NCBI RefSeq assembly: GCF_026210795.1
Contig: NC_089431.1
Coordinates: 4,030,001-4,094,000 of the forward strand
DNA from: Rhizophagus irregularis
Taxonomy: Eukaryota
DNA length: 64,000 nt
Reading direction: 5' to 3'
Shown here: positions 63,907 to 64,000 of the stretch, one piece after another
How the letters are laid out: each line of letters starts with the position of its first letter
How positions within the stretch are numbered: position 1 is the stretch's first letter
Notes under the pieces: model-generated
The model's input: only the letters and a program-made list of their open reading frames with translations
Databases searched by the model: none
Told to the model about the DNA's origin: nothing
Program-made: the position numbers and the translations under genes

Positions 63907-64000
63907 TTATGAAATCTGTAAAATTTGAAATATTTCATAATCTTCTACGGAAAATATTTCATTATCTCTGACTCTTCTAGTTTCTCTGATTGGTTTTTCA
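63907..64000 (-). CDS. 3' end of a further TLDc-domain gene running off the window
   Basis: EKPIRETRRVRDNEIFSVEDYEIFQILQIS* matches the family C-terminus. Confidence 0.8.
   Translation of the reverse strand, partial: EKPIRETRRVRDNEIFSVEDYEIFQILQIS

Overview
Very AT-rich eukaryotic (fungal) genomic DNA with short GT-AG introns. The gene content (BTB-BACK-TLDc array, tyrosine-kinase-like kinase, secreted ML-domain protein, RNase H-bearing LINE) is typical of arbuscular mycorrhizal fungi (Glomeromycota, Rhizophagus-like); this assignment is inferred, not proven. Left to right: (1) a full-length ~8 kb LINE on the minus strand with TSD, A-rich tail, a split RRM/CCHC ORF1 and an intact APE-RT-RNaseH-CCHC ORF2; (2) a 60-bp hairpin tandem array and a ~2.2 kb foldback-like element; (3) a ~3.2-4.5 kb tandemly triplicated cassette carrying two unrecognised ~130-aa gene families arranged head-to-head, which appear to be distant homologues of each other and have presequence-like N-termini; (4) a ~3.8 kb imperfect palindrome; (5) seven complete two-exon BTB-BACK-TLDc genes, three pseudogenes and one gene cut by the window edge, with conserved N-termini and variable TLDc loops; (6) an ML-domain gene and a multi-exon kinase. 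Many non-autonomous DNA elements (CMC-, hAT- and MULE-like) are present, several confirmed by empty sites in paralogous copies.
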